Below, in pieces: positions 56,527 to 64,000 of a stretch of 64,000 bases of DNA. Position numbers and translations under genes: made by a program. The notes beneath the pieces are model-generated. The model saw only the letters and a program-made list of their open reading frames with translations. It had not been told where the DNA came from and did no database searches. The stretch's first letter is position 1, and each line of letters starts with the position of its first letter. Origin of the DNA: Candidatus Omnitrophota bacterium (GTDB taxonomy: Bacteria; Omnitrophota; Omnitrophia; Omnitrophales; Aquincolibacteriaceae); assembly GCA_043732705.1 (NCBI GenBank), contig JAYTHE010000011.1:7605-71604 (forward strand), in the 5' to 3' direction.

Positions 56527-57141
56527 TCAGGAATTGGAGTTAAATCGAAAGGTAATCGGTATAAATAAACGCCGGCTTCCGTCTTTTGGTAAATCCATGG
56601 TCCATTCCTGAACAGCTTCAATCGCTGCCTGGTCTAAGTCCGCAGAGCCGGAAGAGTGCGCCACTTGTACCGATACAACTCTTCCGAAGTTATCCAATTC
56701 AGCATCTAAAATAACACGTCCTTCACGCCCCAAGCGCCGGGCGCTTTCCGGATAAACCGGCGCGCGATTCCAAGTTTTCGCGGAAGGTGCCGGAGTTTTT
56801 GTAAACGACACCAGCTGGCCGCGGCTAAAAGGCTTGTCGGGTTTCTGATTTAAATGCGAACGCGCCTGTGTCGGCGGATGAATTGGCCCGGAATCCCAAT
56901 TTTTAACTGGCGAAATATTTTTTTCAATTTTGGATTGTCTGGGTTCCGTCTTTGAAACATTCTTGATTATATTTCTTTGCGGGGACTCAATTGAGCGGAC
57001 CAGCTCAACCGAAACAGGCACGTGGAAATCATCGATCCTTGAGGGGTACGTAAGCGTATTTTTTGTGGCGGGTACAAAGTGAAAAAGTAGCAGGCTATGC
57101 GCCCCCAAAGATACTGCGAACGCAATTTGAAGATTCGTCAA
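56527..57141 (-). CDS. tonB: TonB-family energy transducer (N-terminal TM anchor, Pro-rich linker, TonB C-terminal domain)
   Basis: TM segment IAFAVSLGAHSLLLF, and a C-terminal PVYPESARRLGREGRVILDAELDNFGRVVSVQVAHSSGSADLDQAAIEAVQEW that matches the TonB C-terminal domain consensus. Confidence 0.75.
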   Translation of the reverse strand: MTNLQIAFAVSLGAHSLLLFHFVPATKNTLTYPSRIDDFHVPVSVELVRSIESPQRNIIKNVSKTEPRQSKIEKNISPVKNWDSGPIHPPTQARSHLNQKPDKPFSRGQLVSFTKTPAPSAKTWNRAPVYPESARRLGREGRVILDAELDNFGRVVSVQVAHSSGSADLDQAAIEAVQEWTMDLPKDGSRRLFIPITFRFNSNS

Positions 57142-57171
57142 TCGTAAAATAGGGCCAACCTCAATTAAAGA

Positions 57172-57648
57172 CTATGCTTTTTCACGAAGCTCCATTTCTT
57201 GAGCCTCTTTTGACAATCCAAAAATCCGGTGGTCATGAAAAACAATTTTAAAACCATGCTTACGCGCGACTTCATCTTGAAGTTTTTCGATTTCATCGGA
57301 ATGAAATTCAATAATCTTACCCGTCTTAATACAAATCATATGGTCGTGATGACCCTTAATTGAAACTCTTTCGAAGTAATCCCGTTTTCCGGCGCCCGCA
57401 GACTTTTGAATAATTGCGCATTCCAGTAAAAGCGGCAGGGTTCGATAAACAGTATCGCGGGCAATCCGGTAACCTTTCTTCTTCAAACGGTCATAAAGGC
57501 TGTCAGCGTCAAAGTGTTCGTTTAACTTTTCAATTTCTTCAAAAATATGGCGCCGCTCAAAGGTAAACTTAAGTTTTTTTTGAGTCAAGAGCTCTAAAAA
57601 TTTCGCCTGATCCACACCCATTTTTTCCACACTCGTTACTTTAGGCAT
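57172..57648 (-). CDS. fur: Fur-family metalloregulator
   Basis: Winged-helix region (RHIFEEIEKLNEHFDADSLYDRLKK...IARDTVYRTL) and a metal-binding HHDHMIC...H.H.H cluster. It is about 158 aa starting from the ATG-Met (the ORF track used a TTG two codons upstream). Confidence 0.8.
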   Translation of the reverse strand: MPKVTSVEKMGVDQAKFLELLTQKKLKFTFERRHIFEEIEKLNEHFDADSLYDRLKKKGYRIARDTVYRTLPLLLECAIIQKSAGAGKRDYFERVSIKGHHDHMICIKTGKIIEFHSDEIEKLQDEVARKHGFKIVFHDHRIFGLSKEAQEMELREKA

Positions 57649-57742
57649 AATCAATCTCCCACTCGTATCTTCATATCAAACATTCATAGTCTGAACGGAT
57701 TATAAGCGTGAGGGAGATTTCTGCAACAGATTCTGCAATATA

Positions 57743-57770
57743 TAAGGTACAAACTGCAGTTTGTACCTTA
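57743..57770. promoter_or_regulatory. Perfect 28-bp palindrome (TAAGGTACAAACTG|CAGTTTGTACCTTA), lying 2 nt downstream of the giant ORF stop codon and within the fur upstream region
   Basis: Exact inverted repeat with 14-nt arms and no spacer. It could form a roughly 12-bp stem hairpin in RNA (a terminator for the giant gene), or it could be a dimeric-regulator operator in the fur promoter region. Confidence 0.4.
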
Positions 57771-57772
57771 AA

Positions 57773-60700
57773 TTATGCCGATTCAGAAAAACTGTGCCGC
57801 GCGATCATTTGATTGAGCCAGATCCAAACGCGGTCATTTTCGAGGATCAAAGTTTGAGCTTCAATACGAATGGTCTTTTCAAACCCTTGAATACCCAGGG
57901 CTTTCACAAAATTCGCTAGCAATTCGTTTAGCTTAAGCTGAGATATTTGATTTGCGCTTTCAGCCGATAAATAAGCAGCCAGCCGCAGCTCAAGCCAAGC
58001 TTGAATATCATCCTTGAACGGCTCATCCGCTCTTTCAGCCCCCATAGACATAACGCGAATGAGCTGAATATTCCCCGCTGTTTCCAGTAAGAAGCTCGAA
58101 TCCATGACTGCAGCGGTGCGCAGAGCATCACCTGTTTTAAATGAACGCAGGCTTGGCACGGTTTGAATCCGGAAGCGTTTCAGCAGGTCCGGTTTAAATC
58201 CACGAATACTGCGCGGAGTTATCACTAAATCAGTAATTCCTGAATTTGAATTCGTTAATGCCTTCGCGTAAGCGGGCCGCGGTAAAACATCTAAAGCCAC
58301 GCGCACATTTTCGCGCCCGTTCATCAAGGTTAAGAACCGGGACTGCCAAATCATTGTCATTTTTTTTGCGGCGCTTTCCGAAATACGCGGTGAATGAACC
58401 GGTTCCGCCCAAGCCGTCGAAGCAAAGAAAAACTGCCTAGCCTCACTTCGCAAAAAAGTCGCAAATAAATTTAGTCCGTGAGCGTCAACAGCATCAACCG
58501 CGACCTTCGCTGTTTCCGAAGCGGACCCGTTAGTTGAGTTTGCGAGAAAACCCAACACCGTTTTTGTCGCGACCTCTAAATCCGCTTTCTTTACCGTACG
58601 AAGTTCGCTGCGGCCGCCGCTCTCGTCAGGCTCTTCACCCTGAAGCCAAAGATTGCCGCCAGGACTATCACCTGCAGACGGTTGATCGGCGGGAGGCGCA
58701 TCCTCTTGTGCGATTCGCGTACGCGCGATGAGCTTTTCGGACTGTAAAGCCATTTCGAGATAAATTTCTCTGAAAGCCTGCGGATTGACTTGGCCGGCTC
58801 GGCGCATACTGACCTCCTGCAGCCAATATTGAATTTGCCGCGGATGCCGCGCTAATCCAGGATCAACAAAGGCGTCTCGAATAAGCCCCATTACTTCCTG
58901 CAATTCCGAGGGCAGATAAACGCGCGCATTTTGCGGCGGCCAGGCGCGTTCCTTATTCAAGCTCATTTGCATTTCGAGCAGCATAGTCCACACGCTTTCC
59001 TTCAATTCTGCCGGCAAATGAAAATAAATTGCGCTTGCAAGGATTTCCCGCCAGGGGCCCAAAATAATTTCCGGGATTTCAGGCAGCAAATGAAATAAAG
59101 TTTCCTTTTGAGCCGCAGTCAGCGGATTTTGATTTAAGTCCGTCAGCCAAGGGCCGATCGAGTAACTCTCATGATGCCATTTTTTTTCCGCGCCCAGCTT
59201 AAAACCTTCCTGCATATTTTTTAATTTCGTGAGCGCTCTAATAATTATGAGCTGTTGCGTGAGCGTCAACGCAAAGAAATGCTGCCGATTCTGATCATTT
59301 TCAAGTAGTCGGGAAAATTCTTCCAAAGTGACCCTAAATTGCCAGAAACTAGCCGCCCCACTCGCTTCAGCCCATTGTATATCCTCGCGAATAGCCGTAA
59401 ATAAGCGAGAAACAGCCGCTAAAATTGGACGGATGACCGCATCAGATAATGTAATCAGCTCGGGCTGCGAACTCAACGCAATCCAGGTTGAAAATGGAAG
59501 TTCTAATACTGAAAAGCGGCGCTGCCACTTGATCCAACGCTTAATCACCGCAAGAAAATCAGCAACCGACATTGCAAAAAATAACTTCATATTAAGCGTG
59601 AATACCAAATCAGTGCGGAGAGCGTTTGTTTGCTGAAGTTTTAACAGCTGATAAATCGTAAATTTATATTTCCATCCCGTCTGTTTTGTTTTGGGATTAT
59701 TCAGCCGCTGACCGCGAATATATCTCTTATGATCTTTTAAATGGCTTCGCGCGGAAAAATGTCTATAAATAGATATAAACGGCTGTGCAAAAACTTCTAA
59801 AACAATTTGAACGATCCGATGCTCTGAACGCGGAGTCCGGTCACCATCCAGCCAAAGCGAATCATTCCCCGCCTCAGGTATTTGAGTATTCGGGATTTGA
59901 GACGGAGGTCCGGTTTGCCTCTGTGCGCGTGCGATCAGCAACTCGCCCTGACTAGCCATTTCAAAATAAATTTCTCGAAAACTCTGAACATCCGACTTTC
60001 CGGCTCGGCGCATATTGACTGAATCCAGCCAAGCCTGAATTGGCCGGGGACTTTGAGCTAAAGCAGGCTCAATAAAAACGTCGCGAATCGAACCTATGAC
60101 AAACTGCATTTCCGATACGGTATAGGGTAATTTTTTTTGAGGCGGCCAAGGACGCTCCGTATTAAAACTCATTTGCATCTCAAGCAACATACTCCAAAGA
60201 CCCGCCCTCAATTCCGGCGACAAATTCTGATAACTGCGGCTTGTCATAATTTCACGCCACGGCCCCAAAATAATTTCAGGTATTTTTGGAAGTAAATTAA
60301 ACAACACTTTTCTGACAACCGGCGAGGTCGCCTGATTTGCTATTTTATATAACCACGCAGAGACGGAATAACTTTCTTTATGGGTCTTCCCTGACTTATG
60401 AAAGGTAATTTCATCCATGAACTTTAATTTTCGCAGGGTTTGAATGACCGCCAACTGTTCTTCAATTGATAAATTAATAAACAGATTGTCACCTAGCGGA
60501 TTTTGAAGCATGCTTTCGAGAGAAGTTTGCCTTTCCCTGAATTCCCACTTGGCAAAAGCGGGATTTTGTTCAACTAGTTCTTTGTCGGACCGCATTGTGT
60601 AACCAAATTCAATTAAGGCGGGCAGCATCTGACGCCAATAATCTTCTGCAAGCGCCGAGTATTCACGCCTAAAAAGCAGTGTATCCCACATGTTACGTGG

Positions 60701-63700
60701 AATAGCCAATACAGGTAGTTCACGCTGCCATTTCAACCAAAAATCCAGCGCTTTCAAACGCTCCTGAAGAGTTCTATTTAAAAATGCGCTTTGATTCAAT
60801 CGCTCGAGAAGCTCATAGCGTTCGTGGTGGTTTGCCTGCAAAGTAAATAATTCATAAATTTTTTGTTTATAAAGCTTGCTTATGGCAACACGCTGAACCG
60901 CCTTCACAAAGGAATGAAGATGAACCAAATGCTCATGCAAATAGAGCCAGCTGACTCCCCAAACCCATAATTTTTTTACAATCGCAAGTAAGTTACTAAG
61001 CCGCAATTCGGAGCGCGTCTTCAGCCACAATTCATCATCCTTATTTGGTTCTTTTCCATCGCCCAACCCGCTTTCACCCGTCCGCTGACGTTGAAACCGC
61101 TCTAATAACGGCGGGAATTTTTCAACCGCAACCTTGATGGCAATGCGATTGCGCGCGGCATCATCAGCTGCGGAATTTAAATCATCCGTATTCCTTCTAA
61201 GCAGAAGCAAAGCATTTTGAATATCCTCGGAGCTTTGTGCGGTCTCCAGCAATTCTCGTGCTTGCTCGGCGATAAAAATCGCAAGCGTCTTGGGCCTTTC
61301 TTTTCCGCTGAGGACTAAAGTTATGGCACGCTGGGACAACATTTCTAAGCCTTCCATCCCCTTCACCCGTGATAAAGCCATCATCCAATCCAGCAAAACA
61401 GTACTTTCCGTCACTCCCAGCAACGGTGAAACCACTAATTGCTTTTGAAAAGGCAACCAAACCAAAACTAGCTCCGGACGATTTTCAATTAAAGTAAAAA
61501 GCTTTCTCCTATCTTCCGCCCCCCTCAGCGCGGCAAGACCATCTAGAACTGCCACGAGCGGATGATTGGAGGCGGGGTTTGTCATATTAACTTGCCACTC
61601 CCTGCTCCAAATTTGAAACCCCTTCAATACCTGAATTTTTTCGGTGAGCCCAAGCTCGGCAAAACCTTGCGCGCGTAAAATCGACTGCAATGAATGTAAC
61701 TTTGTGCTGTTGGTTTTGTGCCGGGAAAAATCAAGCCGCTCTTGACGCGTTTTTGCCAATACTGCTTCGCCGTCCTCGGTGACTTCACAGGAAAGCACCG
61801 CATCCAACAACGCCCACAGAAATAAAAGTCTTTCTTCCACATTAAAATTGTGAAAATAATCCGCAGGCGCCAATTCTTTCCAAATTCCGGCACGCAGCCG
61901 CATGAAGGGAAAGCCATCCGTTTTAAGTTCGTTAATTAATTTCAAAATTGAAACTTGCTGAGCAGGAGTTGAGCGCATATAAAAAGCGCGCTCCAGCACA
62001 AGCGATTGATAAAAATCAATCGACCGAGCATTTTTATCTGTAACAGCCGCGCGATAAACAAGTGCAAGCTGGTCAAAAACAGCTTGGAAAGCAGGTTCGC
62101 GAGAATCCACGTGATCACGATATAATTTTAAAGCTCGGCGCGCTTTTCTTGCAGGGCTTTGTCCGGTTAATAAATTCCAAACAGTTCTTAAAAATCGTAC
62201 TTCACTACGAACCACCGTTTGAGCACCTCCGGCGGCAATCCACCACAAAGAACCAGGTGGGTTCGGATCGAGTGACGCACCCCCACTCAATGTTGGGACA
62301 TCAACTCCCTTTGCCCGCCGCATTCGCTCAATCAGCTCAATCAGACCGACATTCCATTGTTTGACTATCAGACTTTTCCCGGACATTGATTCGACCGCGC
62401 TGAGTTGAGCCATATGAGCACTCATCATCCCAATCAAAGCCTGTTCTTCCGCGGCATTTTTTTCCAACGCCCAGGCTGTTCGTAAATAAACCAGCAGGGC
62501 TTCGGCATCGGAATAAACCAAAATAAACCCATTGGGTGCAAGAGAAGATATTGCTTGTGCCTCAGCGAAAATCGGTAATACAAAACCCAAACTCAGAAGC
62601 AACTCAATCCATTCTTGTGATTGATCCAGTGCAATTTTTTTTGATAAGTGCATCAACTTGAGCACCAACGCTAAATTAAGCGCTGCTGTCGGACGCTTTG
62701 ACCATAATTCCAACAAGTCAGAGCGAAATTTCCCCTCCGGAACCTCCCGCCACAAATCATAAAATCCGGGCAAGACCATAGGTAATCCCATTTTGGATTT
62801 CAAGAAAAACTGAGCAGGCAAATCATGATCGTCAGGACTAAATTCTGAATACTGAATTCCTCCCAATAAAAGTTTTTTCTGATCCTCAACTAGCAAACTT
62901 AGATAATCCGGTCTTCCATCGAGGACGCGAACTTGTTCGATCCATTGCGCCCACTCTCGAGCACTCCAATGATTAATAATAATGTAAGTGAGCGGTTTGT
63001 CTGCATAAGGTCGAAGATCAATATTTAAACCGGCAAGAAGCTTGAATTGATCCGCAACAAAACGAATTTCCGAATCTTCCAGCTTCAATCCTTTGCGTTC
63101 TGCAAAGCGCAGCCCTTTAAAGAAAGGAGCCCATAAACCGGCATCAATATTCGACAAAGGAAGCGCGCGTGCGTATTGACGATAGAAAAGTGTAAATTGA
63201 TGTCGATCATCCGAGGACATATAGTTACCCAAGCCGCCATTTTTCAAAATCCACGCAAAGGTCCAAAATTCATCCGCAAAAGGTACTAATGCCGTGATTG
63301 TTTGCCAAACAGATTGCGCGGCTAATTTTCGTTCATAGTCAGGATCAGTCATGCGAAAGGGTTGATATCCTACATATAAAAAATAAACATACGGGCGCAC
63401 AATCCATCGCCATACCGTCACCAAATTTTGGATTATCGTTCTTGCTTCAGAGCGCGAAGAAGGTGCTTGAACCCATAATGACCCGTTATCTGGGGCCGGC
63501 GGCACAATGCCAGTAGAGTCTGCAGAAGCGGAACCGTGCGCGCGATTAATTCTAGCAATCAGCTGTTCTGATTTTGAACATAATTGTTCGACAATCGCTG
63601 TTATATTTTCAACCCAGGTTACTTGCTGCGTCATTAATTCAAATTCATGCATGATTTGAATCAAAACCTGCGTTTCTTCCGCATTTTTTGGCAGTGAAAC

Positions 63701-63922
63701 AGCTTCGCGTAAATGAGCAAGCAATATAATGAGTTGCTCTAATTTTTTGCATAACTCCGCCACCATCGCTGATTTATTTTCAATCCAGTCTGTTTGCTGC
63801 ATAATTAACTCAAACTTGGACATGATCTGAACTAGCGCCCGCGTTCCTTCCGCATTTCTTGGCAACGAAACAGCTTCACGCAAACGAATAAATAACCTTT
63901 CCGCTTCAGAGCGGATTTGCAA
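57773..63922 (-). CDS. Giant repetitive protein of unknown function, at least 2,049 aa. The ORF stays open to the window edge at 64000, so the N-terminus is truncated.
   Basis: There is no in-frame stop between 63923 and 64000, and the TTG at 63922 is only the ORF-track start. The protein is built from N-terminal tandem repeats of about 54 aa (LREAVSLP[RK]NAE.T..L.QIM..FEL..QQ..W.EN..A.V..LC.K.EQLI), followed by five modules of about 400 aa that each begin with a LIAR...P..G[SN]LW...RSE.R...L..VW motif. Highly similar segment pairs (ILGPWREI...LLEMQMS...RPWPPQ) recur with a 1.2-kb period. No known catalytic or binding motif was recognised. Confidence 0.6.
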   Translation of the reverse strand: MQIRSEAERLFIRLREAVSLPRNAEGTRALVQIMSKFELIMQQTDWIENKSAMVAELCKKLEQLIILLAHLREAVSLPKNAEETQVLIQIMHEFELMTQQVTWVENITAIVEQLCSKSEQLIARINRAHGSASADSTGIVPPAPDNGSLWVQAPSSRSEARTIIQNLVTVWRWIVRPYVYFLYVGYQPFRMTDPDYERKLAAQSVWQTITALVPFADEFWTFAWILKNGGLGNYMSSDDRHQFTLFYRQYARALPLSNIDAGLWAPFFKGLRFAERKGLKLEDSEIRFVADQFKLLAGLNIDLRPYADKPLTYIIINHWSAREWAQWIEQVRVLDGRPDYLSLLVEDQKKLLLGGIQYSEFSPDDHDLPAQFFLKSKMGLPMVLPGFYDLWREVPEGKFRSDLLELWSKRPTAALNLALVLKLMHLSKKIALDQSQEWIELLLSLGFVLPIFAEAQAISSLAPNGFILVYSDAEALLVYLRTAWALEKNAAEEQALIGMMSAHMAQLSAVESMSGKSLIVKQWNVGLIELIERMRRAKGVDVPTLSGGASLDPNPPGSLWWIAAGGAQTVVRSEVRFLRTVWNLLTGQSPARKARRALKLYRDHVDSREPAFQAVFDQLALVYRAAVTDKNARSIDFYQSLVLERAFYMRSTPAQQVSILKLINELKTDGFPFMRLRAGIWKELAPADYFHNFNVEERLLFLWALLDAVLSCEVTEDGEAVLAKTRQERLDFSRHKTNSTKLHSLQSILRAQGFAELGLTEKIQVLKGFQIWSREWQVNMTNPASNHPLVAVLDGLAALRGAEDRRKLFTLIENRPELVLVWLPFQKQLVVSPLLGVTESTVLLDWMMALSRVKGMEGLEMLSQRAITLVLSGKERPKTLAIFIAEQARELLETAQSSEDIQNALLLLRRNTDDLNSAADDAARNRIAIKVAVEKFPPLLERFQRQRTGESGLGDGKEPNKDDELWLKTRSELRLSNLLAIVKKLWVWGVSWLYLHEHLVHLHSFVKAVQRVAISKLYKQKIYELFTLQANHHERYELLERLNQSAFLNRTLQERLKALDFWLKWQRELPVLAIPRNMWDTLLFRREYSALAEDYWRQMLPALIEFGYTMRSDKELVEQNPAFAKWEFRERQTSLESMLQNPLGDNLFINLSIEEQLAVIQTLRKLKFMDEITFHKSGKTHKESYSVSAWLYKIANQATSPVVRKVLFNLLPKIPEIILGPWREIMTSRSYQNLSPELRAGLWSMLLEMQMSFNTERPWPPQKKLPYTVSEMQFVIGSIRDVFIEPALAQSPRPIQAWLDSVNMRRAGKSDVQSFREIYFEMASQGELLIARAQRQTGPPSQIPNTQIPEAGNDSLWLDGDRTPRSEHRIVQIVLEVFAQPFISIYRHFSARSHLKDHKRYIRGQRLNNPKTKQTGWKYKFTIYQLLKLQQTNALRTDLVFTLNMKLFFAMSVADFLAVIKRWIKWQRRFSVLELPFSTWIALSSQPELITLSDAVIRPILAAVSRLFTAIREDIQWAEASGAASFWQFRVTLEEFSRLLENDQNRQHFFALTLTQQLIIIRALTKLKNMQEGFKLGAEKKWHHESYSIGPWLTDLNQNPLTAAQKETLFHLLPEIPEIILGPWREILASAIYFHLPAELKESVWTMLLEMQMSLNKERAWPPQNARVYLPSELQEVMGLIRDAFVDPGLARHPRQIQYWLQEVSMRRAGQVNPQAFREIYLEMALQSEKLIARTRIAQEDAPPADQPSAGDSPGGNLWLQGEEPDESGGRSELRTVKKADLEVATKTVLGFLANSTNGSASETAKVAVDAVDAHGLNLFATFLRSEARQFFFASTAWAEPVHSPRISESAAKKMTMIWQSRFLTLMNGRENVRVALDVLPRPAYAKALTNSNSGITDLVITPRSIRGFKPDLLKRFRIQTVPSLRSFKTGDALRTAAVMDSSFLLETAGNIQLIRVMSMGAERADEPFKDDIQAWLELRLAAYLSAESANQISQLKLNELLANFVKALGIQGFEKTIRIEAQTLILENDRVWIWLNQMIARHSFSESA

Positions 63923-64000
63923 CCGGCCATGACCCTGCGCCAGACAATCAATGTAAACTCTTTCTTCTTCAGAAAATAAGGGTATTTGAAAATCAAGTTG
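63560..64000. repeat. Tandem coding repeats of about 162 bp at the 5' end of the giant ORF (at least two full units, and probably more beyond the window edge)
   Basis: Nucleotide-level similarity is visible between 63600..63730 and 63760..63890 (...ctgcgtttcttccgcattttttggcagtgaaacagcttcgcgtaaatgagcaag... against ...cgcgttccttccgcatttcttggcaacgaaacagcttcacgcaaacgaataaat...). These encode the 54-aa protein repeats. Confidence 0.6.

Noticed and set aside
1-64000. CRISPR arrays, integrases, transposases or phage genes
   Set aside because: No short regularly spaced repeats, and no recombinase or transposase motifs (DDE, tyrosine-recombinase R-H-R-Y), were seen in any frame. The only mobile-element-like signal is the tRNA 3'-end duplicate reported above.

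Overview
This 64-kb window comes from a diderm (Gram-negative-type) bacterium; LptD, TonB, Fur, sigma-54 and AccD are all present. It is dominated by one very large, almost entirely minus-strand glycan biosynthesis and modification supercluster, running from about 1 to 46.9 kb. Genes are packed tightly, with many start/stop overlaps of 1 to 4 nt.

The supercluster contains:
- nucleotide-sugar modules for dTDP-rhamnose (RmlB, RmlD and an RmlA-like enzyme, with no recognisable RmlC), UDP-GlcA/UDP-Xyl (two Ugd-like dehydrogenases plus UXS), and a nucleotide-heptose route (GmhA, a reversed-order HldE-like kinase/adenylyltransferase, an HddC-like nucleotidyltransferase, and a split transketolase);
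- an unusually dense tailoring set: 7 methyltransferase genes carrying 8 methyltransferase domains (including a TcaB9-like sugar C-methyltransferase, one FkbM-like and two TylF-like domains), a sulfotransferase-TPR-GSCFA fusion, an acyltransferase-3, a WbuC cupin, Zn-ADH and Gfo/Idh/MocA oxidoreductases, and a HAD-kinase-like fusion;
- a transferase complement that looks almost exclusively periplasmic-facing: three DPM1/GtrB-like polyprenol-phosphate GT2s, one other GT2, four or five GT-C (ArnT/PMT-like) membrane proteins, and a YfhO-like protein, plus an MsbA-type ABC exporter. I recognised no Wzx, Wzy, WaaL, PNPT or GT-B/GT4 glycosyltransferase.

Downstream of the cluster are LptD, two tandem GGDEF diguanylate cyclases, a MalK-like ABC ATPase, accD, rpoN, and tRNA-Thr(CGU) with an 18-nt duplicate of its 3' end 179 bp beyond it. 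These are followed by Nudix, TonB and Fur genes, and finally a giant ORF of at least 2,049 aa that is open at the window edge. That protein is built from about 54-aa N-terminal tandem repeats and five modules of about 400 aa (1.2 kb each), none of which I could assign to a known domain. A perfect 28-bp palindrome lies immediately after its stop codon.

No CRISPR array, integrase or transposase was recognised. All calls are from reading motifs by eye and carry no search-based support.
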